The notes beneath the pieces were generated by a model, which made no database searches, was not told the origin of the DNA, and saw only the letters and a program-made list of their open reading frames with translations. 64,000 bases of DNA from Octopus bimaculoides. Taxonomy: Eukaryota. Below are positions 25,736 through 39,265 of the stretch, piece by piece (within the stretch, counting starts at the first letter, position 1; every line of letters begins with the position of its first letter). The position numbers and the translations under genes are program-made. The stretch is from NCBI RefSeq assembly GCF_001194135.2, contig NC_068982.1, positions 131,104,330-131,168,329 on the forward strand, written 5' to 3'.

Positions 25736-27769
25736 AATAATAATAATAATAACAACAATAACAATAATAATAATACAATTTACTCAGAACTCTTGGTCTT
25801 ATTTGCTCTGGCTGATTTTGTGAGAGTGATGTCAGAGGTTTCACAGTGACACTTTCCGCAAATTATAAGATTTGGTACTTGGATGTTAAGTATCATGGAA
25901 GTATCAACACCCAATCACCAATCTCAAAATACTAGCTGTCCCCAATAGAGCAGTGTTCTGGGCCTGCTCTGCTCACATGTCAATTCCAATTTCTCTGAAA
26001 TTTATTAATATATAATATATATAATAGTGGTGGGCTGGCAGAATCATTATTGTGTCACTCAAAATGCCTTGTGGTAGTTGTTGCAGCATTTTATGCTTCA
26101 AGTTCAAAATCTCCTTACAGTCAACTATATCATTCATTCTTTCAGAGTCAATAAAATAAAGTACCAGTCAAGTACTAAGGTCAACATAAAACTTCTAGTC
26201 TTGTGCCTGTGTGAGAGAGTATTATTTTGTTGTAGCTGTTATTGATATGGTGGCAGAAAGCTGCTGTTTAACTGTATTTAGTTAACATACACAGCTGTAA
26301 CATAGAACAACTGTATTTAGTTGACATAATTTTGAAGGATATGATACAAACAAATCACATGACAGATTTTGTAAATACAGCAGTGCTACTAATTAACTAA
26401 TTAGTACAACTATAATTAGTTGAGATGATAGGAAACAGATTGGTCACTACCTCTGTCTTGTGACTGTATTTCATTGGTTTGAATTCAAATCATAGCAAAG
26501 AAAATTTATGTCTTTTATCTTACCAAAGTAGGTGAAAGAGATATAAGAAATGTGTTAAAAGATCAATATAATTGATTATACATATACTTTTCCCCATATA
26601 AATTTAGCTTTATGTCAAAAAAAAGAATCATCATTATTTAACAAAGAAAAAGCAAAACTGATTTAGAAAATATCTCTCGAGGGTTCATACCATTGAAACA
26701 CTGGACAAGACACTTAGCTCTACTTGACCAAGGCTTTGTACCTATTTACAGAACTCATTATAATTATTGTTGGTTGTGTTCTTGTTTTTAATTAGTGAGA
26801 GAGTTTTCTACATAATTTGCTTTGACATCAGTTAATCATAGAGAGAAAATACAAACACAACTAGATTCTATGTGCAAATATCTTCTTTTCCATTACATAA
26901 ACAGATGAAATATTTAACCCAATATTAAGCAAAAGGTAACAAACGAAAACAAAAGAAACCATCTTTTTTTTTTTTTTTCTATTTATGTGGTCAGTACTTG
27001 GATATATTTTCCAGTACTAACTGTCATAACCAACCAAATCTGGATGAAAAATTGTGTTGTCATCTAACTATACATCCAACAGTATTTTTTTTCTAGTTCA
27101 TTTTACTGTGTTGCAATTGGTATTTATCATAAAACTTGTAATTTACCCATCATATATTCAACTAATTTTACTCTAAAAAAGCAAATTTTGACAATAAATA
27201 AATGAAATAAGATAAATAAATAAAATCTATTACATTTTGATAATAACTGCTGGAAAAAACTGAACAGACTAGCTTCAGTAGTTTGAAAGATCAACACTGA
27301 TGCACAAATAATCAATCAAAAAAGCAAACTGGATAAAAAGAGAGGCACCTAATTTCTTGGTTGTTGGACATGTTGGGCAATGAAGAATGATGTTTAGGAA
27401 ACAGAGTTAAATCAAGAAATGGAGGTTATGGTGAATGGAGTAGTTACAATAGTGGTGTTCATAACCATATGGTATTTGTACTTATTATAATGGTAGTGGT
27501 GATTAAACAAGCAGTAGAGGCAGTAATAAACTATTGAATCATTACACATCATTCTCAAACACTTATATTTCTCATTTCTCACAGTGTTTTTTTTATTAAA
27601 AACTGATAGGGTTGGACAGGTCAACAAAAATTTAATGGCTTTACAGTTATCACAGTAGTTTTATTACTTGAAGAATATTAGTGAAAGCAATTTTATACAC
27701 ACTACAGCTAGTGGGAAGAGGTCAAGAATTATTGAAATGCGCACACACATGTGTGTGTGTGTGTAAAAG

Positions 27770-28065
27770 GCCCCCTTCAGTCATGAATGTCCATGGGATG
27801 CATCTAGAAAGTTGATTACTGAGATACGAGTCCAGGCACAGTTGTTTTGTGGAAGCGCAGCAGTCGCCCATGCATATCAAATAAAAAAGATGGTATAAGA
27901 GACTTTGTTTCAACCAGCATTAACAGGCTTAGGGGTGCAAGGCAAAGGAGAAAAGTGGCTGTAAATATACTACCTGCACTGACCCATAATACTCATACTT
28001 GCAACAGCTGTGGGCTTCTTTGCAAATCACTGGCAGGACTCAAATGTCACATTTGACATAAGTAT
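27770..28065 (+). mobile_element. RTE-BovB-like LINE 3' end with terminal C2H2-like motif
   Basis: ...GIRDF...RLRGARQRRK...HTCNSCGLLCKSLAGLKCHI. Confidence 0.65.
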
Positions 28066-28126
28066 TATGACTAACAAAGAAAGTGTAGGCTGTCAGATCC
28101 TCATAGAGCTAAATCAACAGGAGAGT

Positions 28127-28158
<32 letters not shown>

Positions 28159-28436
28159 NNNNNNNNNNNNNNNNNNNNNNNNNNNNNNNNNNNNNNNNNN
28201 NNNNNNNNNNNNNNNNNNNNNNNNNNNNNNNNNNNNNNNNNNNNNNNNNNNNNNNNNNNNNNNNNNNNNNNNNNNNNNNNNNNNNNNNNNNNNNNNNNNN
28301 NTAATATGGGGGTTTAGTTCACAGGTGATCTAAATGATTAAGAATACTAGATAAGTGCTGCAATGGATTACTAGGGCTCCAAGGTTGTAGCCGAGATGGT
28401 AGTTATAGAGCCATTGCAGATTTCTGATATAGCGGA

Positions 28437-28642
28437 TATATAATTGTTGAAGAGGACAACAAACATTAAGGTAAAGCAAACATCTCAAGTCATATACATT
28501 AGTATTATTGGAAAAAATTCAAAGTCTTACAGAAACAGCTGTAAGACTTTAAATCGTTGAATCTTTTCCAATAATAATAATGCATGTGACTCGAGATGTT
28601 TGCCTTGCCTTAACGTTTGTTGTCCTCTTTAACCATTATATA
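28437..28642. mobile_element. Near-perfect fold-back (about 95-bp arms, 6-nt loop), MITE-like, TA-flanked
   Basis: Left arm ...gaagaggacaacaaacattaaggtaaagcaaacatctcaagtca...aaagtcttacag, loop aaacag, right arm ctgtaagacttt...tgactcgagatgtttgccttgccttaacgtttgttgtcctctt... Confidence 0.8.
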
Positions 28643-28740
28643 TATATATATACACACATACACACACAAACAAACACATATTTGTAACATTTTTCTATTT
28701 AAAAAAATGCATCAGGTTTAATTGTATTCTTATATTTATA

Positions 28741-28855
28741 TATACAGGATGATTCAAAAGTCGGCATACATAAGAACAATCTATTTTTTTATAAGAAACA
28801 ATTTTTTTATTTAACTGTTTCTTATAAAAAAATCAATTTTTCCTATGTATATATA
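28741..28855. mobile_element. Tc1/mariner-type MITE remnant
   Basis: Starts TATACAGGATGATTCAAAAGTC (mariner-like TIR after TA). Internal palindrome tttttataagaaaca...tgtttcttataaaaa. Confidence 0.5.
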
Positions 28856-29517
28856 TAATGAAAAAATGTATGGTAAATAAACAAACGATATAACGTGTAC
28901 TAAGTGTATAACTGGATGGGAGACAGACACAGAAGGTCCCTAATTCTTCATTAGTTATCAACCAATTAGTAATACTCAGTTTCACACCAGTAATGATAAG
29001 ACTGATGACTTCCCATATTGGTGGTACCCTCCAAAATTTGCAGAGAATATAGAGCCAAGAGCAAACAAAACAACACAGAGTGGACGCAAGAAAATGAATA
29101 AATGTGATTTAAGATGATGGACAAAGACAAAATAAATAAGAAACGAGCAAAATACAGTCTTAGGACCAAAACGACAAGGCCCTAAGGCTGTATTTTACTT
29201 GATTCTGTCCGATGGTCCCTTACTCTGGACTGGCCAAAATAAACTACAGTATTCTATGTATGTATTGCTTGCTCCTTTTCTGGGTTACTACTTAATGGAC
29301 ACACATACACATACACACTAAAACATGCACAAAATTATATACATATGTTTTTAATATCAGTTTTCTATTTAAAAGAAAAATGAAAACTGGTTTATTTTCG
29401 AAAGAGTATGCATGTTTGCATTTTCATAATATCATTTTCCTTTATTTAAAAAAAATACATAGGGCTTAAATTCCTGAATGTGTGTGTGTATAAAAGTGTG
29501 TATGAGTGTGTTTGTGT

Positions 29518-29562
<45 letters not shown>

Positions 29563-29976
29563 AGAGTGGGAAGATGGGAGAGATTGAGTACAGATGATTT
29601 ACAAAAATATGTTCAGTCTAAAGTACATTTTTGTTCTTGATTGCAAAAAAGGAATGTGGAAGAGAGAGGAGATTAGAGTTGAAACTGTCACCTGCTGGTC
29701 ATGAAAACAATTGTAAATGACCTTGTTTGATGAGGTAGCACACACACACACACACACAAAGAGAAAGCTTGTTGCTTGACACCAAGTATTAAAAGAGAGA
29801 CAAAGAAGAAAAGAGGTTCAAGGGTGAAAAAGGGGACAAAATATAACTGTAATTATGAACAAATTAGAATGGCTCTCTGCTAGTAAGCTAATTCAGTATG
29901 TGAGAGTAGATTTAAGGTTAACAAGGCTTACAATGTACCTATATTTAACCCTTTCTCAGATATATATAACCAAGTG

Positions 29977-30007
<31 letters not shown>

Positions 30008-30019
30008 ATATATACTCAC

Positions 30020-30164
30020 ACTTGGTTGTAACCTTGGTGCATAGGAAGGGCTAGATTTAATAGGCTTAAATCTCTTGTAACCACTTAGCACTCTCTTTTG
30101 CAACTTAACACATGACTCATAGCTCTGAGACACTTGAACTTTCTCACAGTTCACAGTGATTATT
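30020..30164 (-). CDS. Coding exon B of an unidentified host gene (145 nt, phase 2-0): (R)IITVNCEKVQVSQSYESCVKLQKRVLSGYKRFKPIKSSPSYAPRLQPS
   Basis: Acceptor catatcttcactttcag, donor AGT|GTGAGT, open frame throughout. Joins exon A in frame (AG+A = Arg). Confidence 0.75.
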
Positions 30165-31186
30165 CTGAAAGTGAAGATATGCAGGTTTACTGGATATACA
30201 ATAATTTCAGGTGATAGATAAGCTGAAAAGATGTACACCAACTATTTTTTTTTAAATACAAGTTATGAATCCTGACAAAACATCAAGGGTTGTCAGAAAC
30301 TATTTGACAGTTCATGTAACAAACTATTCTTTTACAATTTTTACAATATTACTTAAACTCTGTTGATACCAACATGCCTGTGACCATTCTTGGTTCTGTG
30401 GTACCAACTTCTTGTTTTAAAGTGATCTAAATTAAAACTTTTCATCAAAATTGTATGTTATTTTATGCTCCAAACACCACCTTAATAATTACAGCTATTT
30501 CACTAAATTCTTCATTATTTTAAAAATTAATGGAAACAAAAGCAGTGTATTTCAATAAAAATACTGTAACAAAATGGTTAAAAAGAAGTTAGACCTTAAA
30601 ACAGAAAGAAACACGAGTTACAAGGATCTGAAAATTTCATTTCAGAACAAATTAAATATTTTCAAATCACAAATAAAACACAGCACACAATATATGAGGA
30701 AAATTCACAGTATCTGCTTGCCTAACTGAAACCTCTATAAGACTTATTCTCAATTGAGGAATGGTCATCAAATGACACACACACACACATACATTTCATA
30801 TAGTTTTACATATCTCCAGCCAAATGGTATTTTTACATTTTTGTTTCCACATATTTTTAAGCGAATGTATTTCATCTTCATTTATAAGAAGTAAAATAAT
30901 ATTGTTCGTATGTCTAAACTTAATCAACTGCATATACAGATGAATATTACAAATCACTTCCTAGGTATAATTATGGAATAATTTTCTTCCTGGATCTCTG
31001 CACCGAAGAAGAAATGAATAATGGCAGATTAATAAAAAAAATATATAAATATGTACAAATCAGGAAAAGAGAATTTATATCTGGACAATAATAACCTTAA
31101 TTACAATATAAGCAATACACACATATACAGCATCATCATCATCATAGATAATATTCATATTATTTGTGCATATATATATATGAATG

Positions 31187-31276
<90 letters not shown>

Positions 31277-31277
31277 C

Positions 31278-31317
<40 letters not shown>

Positions 31318-32916
31318 GAATAAAATCATCCTCATTATATATATATTAATCTGCTTTGCAAGAATCTTGGTATGAAACAGTGTTGCAATCAATATTCTTG
31401 TGCTTTGGTTGGGTCATAGTACCAATAAACACATACATTATTATTCACTTCATTTATACTTTTATTGCAAACTAATTGGTGATACATTTCTCTTCCCACC
31501 CCACCCCATAACCTTTCCAATGATTTCAAATCATCAAACTGAATTCTTGCTCCTGTTATGTCACGCATTGCCTCTATGTTTTCACGTATGTGCGTATTAT
31601 CATGGTACTGTTTTGTTGAAATTGTTTTCTTATATCTTTATTTCCATTTGTTTTTCTTTTTTGTTTTTCATGTGTGAGCATTTTGTAGGTTGTGCATTGT
31701 ACATGTGCATGTTGTGCGTGCATGTGTGAGTGTGCATGATTTGTAGGCATGTGCATTTGCGGTTGGAATGTAGTGGTTGATGTAGTTGATACAAAGTCAA
31801 CCAAAGATTACTACAGTACACACATAGGCAAAAACAAAACAAAAAAAAAAAGAAATAACAGCTGATACAATGTAAACAAACTAATATCACTATTTGAACG
31901 TGAAATCATTGAAAAGTTGATAGTAGTGGGATAAAAAATTTATGAGAAATTAGTAAGCAACAAAATTAAAACTGAAGTAAGATACAATCAATACAAGTAT
32001 TATTGGCACTATGACCTAACAATAAAACCACAACACTTTTGTACAAGTGATCACAGATGTAGCAAAACTCATGTGTCAGAAAATAAGGAATACAAAAAAA
32101 GCAAAAAAAAAAGCAAGTGATGAGACTCCCTACAAATAACTTTGTTGAGTAGTGAAAGAAACATAAAGAAATTCTTGTTGATCATTCTGTTCCACTGAGA
32201 CAACAATCCTGTAGACCATTATGTACAACAAAGACTTATAATTGGCCACATCAATTTGATATTCTATTAGTTGAAAGTTGATCATTTTATACAACTTTGT
32301 TCTATGTCCATAACTAAGAGACTTAATAATACAGGAAAACATACATACATAACAGTGACATACAATATTAAGACTATATAAGATATGAATGTTTTATAGA
32401 TTTTCAGTGCCAAACTCGAATTCAATCAGGAGTTGGAATATGATCCTCATGATGAAAAGAACAATATAGATTTTAACTAGCTAAAACTAGACCTAAAATA
32501 ACACTTATGGCCTACAATAACACTTATGTATGAATGGCTCCACTTATATATCTGTATTTGTACACCGAAAACACAAATGGAGAAGAGTATGAGAGAAATG
32601 AGAGGTTAGTAGTTTATATATGGTCATCAAAACTGTATTGTGTCTGTCATATAGATACTTATATTGAAAGTGGTCTCAACACAGAACTGTCAAATGTTCC
32701 AGTTCAGTCAGCTGTTGTTGGATACTATAACACAGGAACATGTTGCTATAAACAAAAGTAGCATTGTCAAACAGATGAGCATTTTGGTAGCTTGCAGTGT
32801 TAAATGTAACTAATCCTAAGGATATAACTGAGAAGTATATTTGTCCAAGATGGCAGCACAAGAGGTCAAATTCTTAATCAGTAGCTAAAGGGAAAAGAAA
32901 AACCGCTATTCATTCT

Positions 32917-35532
32917 TTAATTCTTTAGTGTTCAAACTGGCCAAAACTGGCCGAAAATAATACCCCTTTATTTGTCTGAACTGGCCAAATCTGTATCTAA
33001 TTCTTCTACAAAATTGCTAAAAAAAAATAAACAAGTCATGTTATTGAATTTTTGTAGCTTTGAAATAATGTGAGATAAAGCCATTTCCTGCCTTTATTCA
33101 AATAAAAATACCATGAAATTTTCGAGACTTCTTGGCTTTTTCAACATATGAAGATAAAGAGTATATCTTAGTTTTTAATGATAGGGTGTCAGCAAGTAAC
33201 GATTCTGACTTTGAAGGTTTTACTCTTGAGGATGTATGAAATATAAATGAAAACAACAGTGATTTGTCTTTGGACAAATCTGATATTGATATTTATGAAT
33301 CTTTGTCAGACGAGGAAGATTTTGATAATGAAAGTGATGAAAATAATATTGAAAACATTATGGCAACACGATTGCCATAATGTACATCAACTACAATTAC
33401 TGATTTCACAGAAAAGACTGGTCCACAACACAATCTACCTCCCAATGCTCAACCATTGGACTATTCTTATTTTTACCAAAAAATTTTTTGGAAATTGTCA
33501 CAGAGGAAACAAATAAATATGCTCAACAAATAATTTCTATTCGTGGAAGACCTGATCCACTATGGCAGTCAACTGATACTGCAGAAATGTGAGCTTTTTT
33601 TTACTATAAACATTATGTTTGGCATCCAGCAGCTTCCTCGACTGTGGAACTACTGGAGTCCTGATACAAGGTATGGTGATCTATATATCTCCAGCATTAT
33701 ATCTAAGACAAGGTATTCAAAAATATCTCAATATTTGCATTTAGTCAATTCCACTAAAACCTCCGGCAAAATCGACCCAAACTATAATCCCCTGTATAAA
33801 GTACGCCCTGTAATTGATTTATTTTGTGATAGGTATAAAACAGTGTATCTGCATGGGAAAAATCTCAGTGTAGATGAAGCCATGATAGGCTACAAGGACA
33901 GAGTACATTTTTGGCAGTACATGCCTGTCAAACCCACTAAATGGGGCATCAAGGTGTGGGAAGTCTGTGAATCACACACAGGATATTGTGTTCACTTTAA
34001 TGTCTAAACAGGTAAAAAAAATATAGTGGAAACAGACCATATGGATTGGGATATGATGTAGCATGATCTCTAACTGAGCCATTTCACTATCAACACCGAC
34101 ACTTCTATTTTGACTGTTTCTTTTCTTCAGTGGCTTCGGCAGAACATCTTGCCTGCGTAAGTACTTACATGTACAGTACTACTATGGGCAACTGCAAAGG
34201 TTTATGCCGTGAAATGAAAACAAAATTTAAAAAATAGGGAACATTCTACAAATGCAAAAACAAAATTTGTTAGCAACTTTATACAAAGACAAAAGACAGA
34301 TTTTATTTCAGTCTAGTAATGAACAACCTGGTGCTGGTGCTGAGGGGAAACCCCTAGTGAATATTTGCTATAATAAATATATGGGTGGGGTTGACCAATA
34401 TCAGGCATTACCCAGTTGGATGACATAGGAGAAATGGTGGAGGTACATTTTGTGGTTTTTAGTAAATTTAACTATAGTTAATTCATATATTGTTTATGTA
34501 AAAAGCCACAAAGTACCTTTGTCACCAAAAGACTACAACCATTTGAAATTTTGTGTGGACATTGCATCTCAGTTACATGATGGCTTTTCTTCCAGGAAGC
34601 ACAGAACTGGGAGAAAAGTAAAATTAACTGAGGTAGATGTCAACAGAGAAAATATTAACTTCCATAAAGCAGAAAATATAAATGGAAGGAAATAAGTTTG
34701 CAGACTGCGTTCGCTGCAAAAAAGAAAATCTCTGACAGGATATCAGGTTGAGACCTCATATATGTGTTTGTTTTGCAAAGTGCCCTTGTGTAAATGGTGC
34801 TTTGGACAGTTTCACAAAAGAGATATAGCATAACTATATTTTGTTGTTTGATAGTAATACTATCATATATTCCTTTCATTTTATTACAAATAATACATGA
34901 AAGTGAGAAATCATCATTATCATATTAATTTTCAGTATGTGTTACACACCTGTCTCACCTGTTAATGAGCTTTTTTCCACACCTTTGTCTCACCTGTTAA
35001 TGAGCTTTTTTTATTAGATGTATTCATTAAATTGTATAAGAGTACATAGCCAATTGACTAGTAAAATAGTTTTGAACTTTATTTTCAATGAAAATGAATG
35101 AAATATAAGGAAAAAATCTTGTACCGATTATATCTGTATATTAATTAATTCAAATTAATGTACCTCATCTTGAAAAGTGGTAAAATTGTTGGCGGTTGAC
35201 ATCTGGGATAATTTTAGTAATAAATCAAACAGGTAAGATACATTAAGAATTTCAATTTTAGTGCTTATCCATAATGCTATTGCTTTTACACCTGTAAATT
35301 AAATTTACCTGCCCATAAAAGTCAAACTTAATCAGGTAGATCAGCTAAAATTACATAAATATAAACCACTGTTAAATAAACACCCACTGACAAAATTTCA
35401 AATCTACTCGTAAAAAATTAACAAAGTTACAAGCAAATATTGTGGACACCCCTCTTGAACCTGAATAATTCAAAATAATGTGGACAAATAAGCATTACAT
35501 TTTACAGATTAATCTGAACATTAAAAGGTTTT
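32917..35532 (+). mobile_element. Full-length decayed piggyBac transposon (about 2.6 kb) in the host-gene intron, antisense to the gene
   Basis: TTAA at 32917-32920 followed by a degenerate CCCTTTAG end (ttctttagtgttcaaa). Right end attaatctgaacattaaaagg 35510-35528. Internal transposase. Confidence 0.85.
33150..34833 (+). pseudogene. piggyBac (PGBD4-like) DDD transposase pseudogene
   Basis: Acidic N-terminus (SDFEGF...SDEEDFDNESDE), NYWSPD, YLHL, DPNYNPLYKVRPVI, LSVDEAMIGYK, YMPVKPTKWGIKVW, YFDCFFSS, YNKYMGGVDQ, KWWRYI and C-terminal CVRC...ETSYMCLFCKVPLC..CFGQFH. Several stops and frameshifts (ORF track pieces 33543-34007, 34450-34695). Confidence 0.92.
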
Positions 35533-37287
35533 ACTCTGTTAGCATTACTTGAAGGGGATTTGATTCTGAAGCAGAATTTTATGGCCAGATGTTCTTCCTG
35601 TTGCCAACACTTGTTTTAAAATAAAAGAATTTTATATTCCACAAGTGTTCAAAAGCATACAGCAATTGGTCATAATGTCAACATGAAATGTAAACTTCAT
35701 CAGCATTTTACTTAAATGGTGACAAGCAAAATATTAATATTCACACATTTATATTTGCATGCATGCACAGACAACAGGTTTACTGCAGTTTAGCTGACTC
35801 AGAATAATAGTAGAAGACACTTGTCCACGCTGTTATGCAGTAGGACTAACTCTAGGTCATTTGGTTGCAAAGCAAACTTCTTAAATACACAAACACAAAC
35901 TTAAGAATTTATCTGAAACTTCAATGATGACAGAGAAGTTAGTATTTAGCAATTATATATAGTGAAAGCTTATAGTTGGAACCAGACATAATCTAAAAAT
36001 ACACAGGATGTTTGTATTAAGGTAACTTGAAATTACAATTTTATAATTACAAAGGTAAATGAAAATGAAAAAACAAATGAACAGATCATTCATTATGTAC
36101 AAAACAAAAATGTTTTTGTATCTTTTTTCTCTACAGAATGAAATTATCTTAACACAGTAAAATAGTACAAAAGACTCAGAAAATACAACCTTAAGCTTCT
36201 AATTGGTGAAAATAAAGCCTAAATAATTATAGCATTTCATTCAGGTTAGCCAGAGAGCTATGAGTAAAGGCCTTCAAACTAATATAGGTCAAATTAAAAT
36301 TGCTTGACTACAAGATTTGACAAAAATAAGCTGAAGGATTTCTCAAAATAGTTATGTAGGAAATTGAAGTGTACTTCAATTTTCTAAGACTGACACTAGT
36401 AAAATGGCAATGAGTTGAGAGAGAGATAGCAGTAGCTTAACAGTAATTCATATTAAGTTTAACAAATGAATTACTTTTTAAATTTTTGAAATGTTTTGTT
36501 TTACTTTAAATTAAATTTTTAGAATACTTCTAGCTCTGAAAATTATGTTAGTTTAGAAAGAAATCTACCAAACAAATACAAACAGAAAGGATAGCTGTTG
36601 AATGAACAACAACTGGAATTTTGAAACCCAATCAAATAATAAACTCATACATGTCATATTTACATATATAGGTACATATTTGTCATATTTACATGTGTGT
36701 GTGTGTCCCTCTCTTTCTCTCTCTCCTTATCGTGACACTGCATGGTAGCTATAAATGAGCATTATCATCATACAAGCCATGTAGTACTGGTCCAGTGGTG
36801 TAATCCATTCTTCCATGAAAGACATGTCTGGCCATGAGGAAATATTACTTTGCTTGAAAATAGATGAGGGTTGGTGACAGGATGGGTATCTGCTTAAATA
36901 AACTCCGTCTGACCCATGCAAGTAGACTTTAAATAAATGATGATAATGATGATGATCACTACTCTAATGAAATATCCCAATGAAAAAGGATGTATTAGCT
37001 TGTTCTCTAAATACAATGGTAGATATAATTTGTAATTTAGGTTCAAAGCTAGCAACAATTTTCAGGCGAAGGATTAGCCAATTAGATTAACCCTAGTACT
37101 TGATTGGCGTTTTATTTTATCTACTTTGAAAAAGTGAATAGCAAAGTTGTACTTGACAGAATTTAAACTCAGAGTATAAAAACATGGAACAACTAGCACA
37201 CAGTATTTCCTGGTGCTCTACCAATTCCACCAACTTACTGCACTTTCCAATGGTAAAAGTTAATAAGAGCAAAAAGTGTCAACTAAC

Positions 37288-37409
37288 CTGTTCTGACCAT
37301 GGATCGTCTCATACTGTGGATGACGATTACCAGTCCAAGTTTCAGCTTCCGTTTTCTCATACCTGGCTAATGCACTTTCAGTAAGTGCAAGTGTACTCAA
37401 GTTTACTGG
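37288..37409 (-). CDS. Coding exon A of an unidentified host gene (122 nt, phase 0-2): PVNLSTLALTESALARYEKTEAETWTGNRHPQYETIHGQN(R)
   Basis: Strong acceptor attttatttatttattaattttttgcag, donor CAG|GTTAGT. Only one of three frames is open; it is in phase with exon B across a 7123-nt intron. Confidence 0.75.
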
Positions 37410-38039
37410 CTGCAAAAAATTAATAAATAAATAAAATGACAATGAGAATCATTTAAGTAATAGAAAAACTGAAGCATCATTTCAAAATTAATTTAGTCAA
37501 TACAAATTTATTTGCAGATTATACCACTGGACCAGTGCTACAACGGTTTCTTGCTTTGCTATTTCTGTTGTTTGTTGAAATATATATTTTCAAACTATTG
37601 CATCATCATCTCCACCCCCATCTTCTTTTTCGTCAAAGGCATACAGAGTATATGGGTCGCTTATGTAGTATATTCTCACGATTCATCTCATCTCATTGTT
37701 AATGTAGAGTACCTATTATTAATAACACTTGATCCTACAGGTACAACCTTGCTCATAATAGCCTCAATATTCAAGAAAATATAGTATAAGAAATTCAAAA
37801 GCAGAAACTCACAATAACTTTGGTTAAGTGTAAAACAAAGCTTATAAAGACCCATCACATTAACTATTAAAAGAGTATCTTATTTCAACAGAGCCATACC
37901 CATGTAATATTAAACATTACTTACACTGGTTGAGTTTTAGTCTTAAAATACTAATGAACAATATGGCAATAGAGAATCTTAATGTACACTGCCAGCTATA
38001 TAAGTAGCAAGATGCTTTAAGTTTAAGTATCTTGGCATT

Positions 38040-38420
38040 ATCATTAAACTTGGCAATAGATTGTGTTTTCTGTTGTCTATCATTGTCCCTCCTTGAATTT
38101 TTCATCAACCATTCTTCAATCCTTGTTCTTCACTATATTTGTCCCTTCACCAACTCCCCATCTCCAATCATCCATCACTCTCTTCATATACACTTGCAAC
38201 ATCTATCCACTCTCACTCCCTGTTCTTCTGTCTGCACCAACCTCTATTCACCTTCTTATACGTTCAGGGTTCACCCCGACATCCCAGTACCACTATTTTA
38301 TCTCTCTTTCTAGTTCCAACCCAGTTACTGCCACCACTTTTCGACAATGTGAGGAGCTATGTAGCTTCTCAACAGAAACCTGTTCTGTTCTGGGCCCTTC
38401 TTTCATACTTTAACCTCTGA
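38040..38420 (+). mobile_element. CT-rich retroelement terminal region, possibly Penelope-like (similar tracts about 2700-3050 +, 6860-7170 +, 15390-15880 -, 17930-18200 +, 43210-43570 -)
   Basis: Pyrimidine-rich non-coding tracts of similar character. Family assignment is inference. Confidence 0.35.
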
Positions 38421-39019
38421 TCTCCTACCATAAATCTACATCCATCTCTACTCTAGTATCACCCAGCTGAATGAGTTCTTTGTTTTAAAAGTTGCATAGT
38501 GACCTCACTAGTGCTGGTGCCATAAAAAAGTACTCAGTTTGCAAGGTACTTAAATGGCTGGCATTTGGAAAGAGCATCCAACCATAGAAACATAGACAAA
38601 ACAGACATTGGAGTACGAAGCAGTTCTTAGAACCATCAGATCCTATCAAAATAGTCCAATCCATGCCAATATAGATGGACATTAAAAGATGATGATGAAT
38701 AACATTTTTTCTTACTACACTAGCATAGATAGGGCAGATCTGCAGTAAGGTAAATCACCGTTCACTGTATCTTTGAGATCTGTTATCCTAAGATCTACTC
38801 TATTTCCTTCCAAAAGGCACTTTACCAACAAGCATACATAATCCAGATACATCAACTATCCTAACCTGCATGGTTGTTTCACTTGCATACATTAGATGCT
38901 TCTTTCAGTTCATCTGTGCTCCAAATTTCATACAAAATTGCCACAGGTCACACTTAACTAAGCCAGCAGGTCCCTACAGCCAATTGCCATGTTTTACTAT
39001 CAAGGAGCCTTATAAATTT

Positions 39020-39080
39020 TGCATGTCTTTTTCTCTCTCTCTCTCTCTCTCTTTCTCTCACACACACACACACACATGCA

Positions 39081-39132
<52 letters not shown>

Positions 39133-39174
39133 TGCACACTCTCTCTCTCTCTCTCTCTCTCTCTNNNNNNNNNN

Positions 39175-39207
<33 letters not shown>

Positions 39208-39211
39208 CACA

Positions 39212-39245
<34 letters not shown>

Positions 39246-39265
39246 TGCACACTCTCTCTCTCAGT
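39020..39265. repeat. Compound (CT)n(CA)nTGCACA unit repeated about 4 times around a 10-N gap
   Basis: Direct reading; may be partly an assembly artefact. Confidence 0.75.

Noticed and set aside
27137-27162. Strong minus-strand acceptor with a 26-nt exon candidate (VKLVEYMM)
   Set aside because: Wrong phase for exon B; in phase 0 it gives a stop after SKIS. Unresolvable without RNA data.
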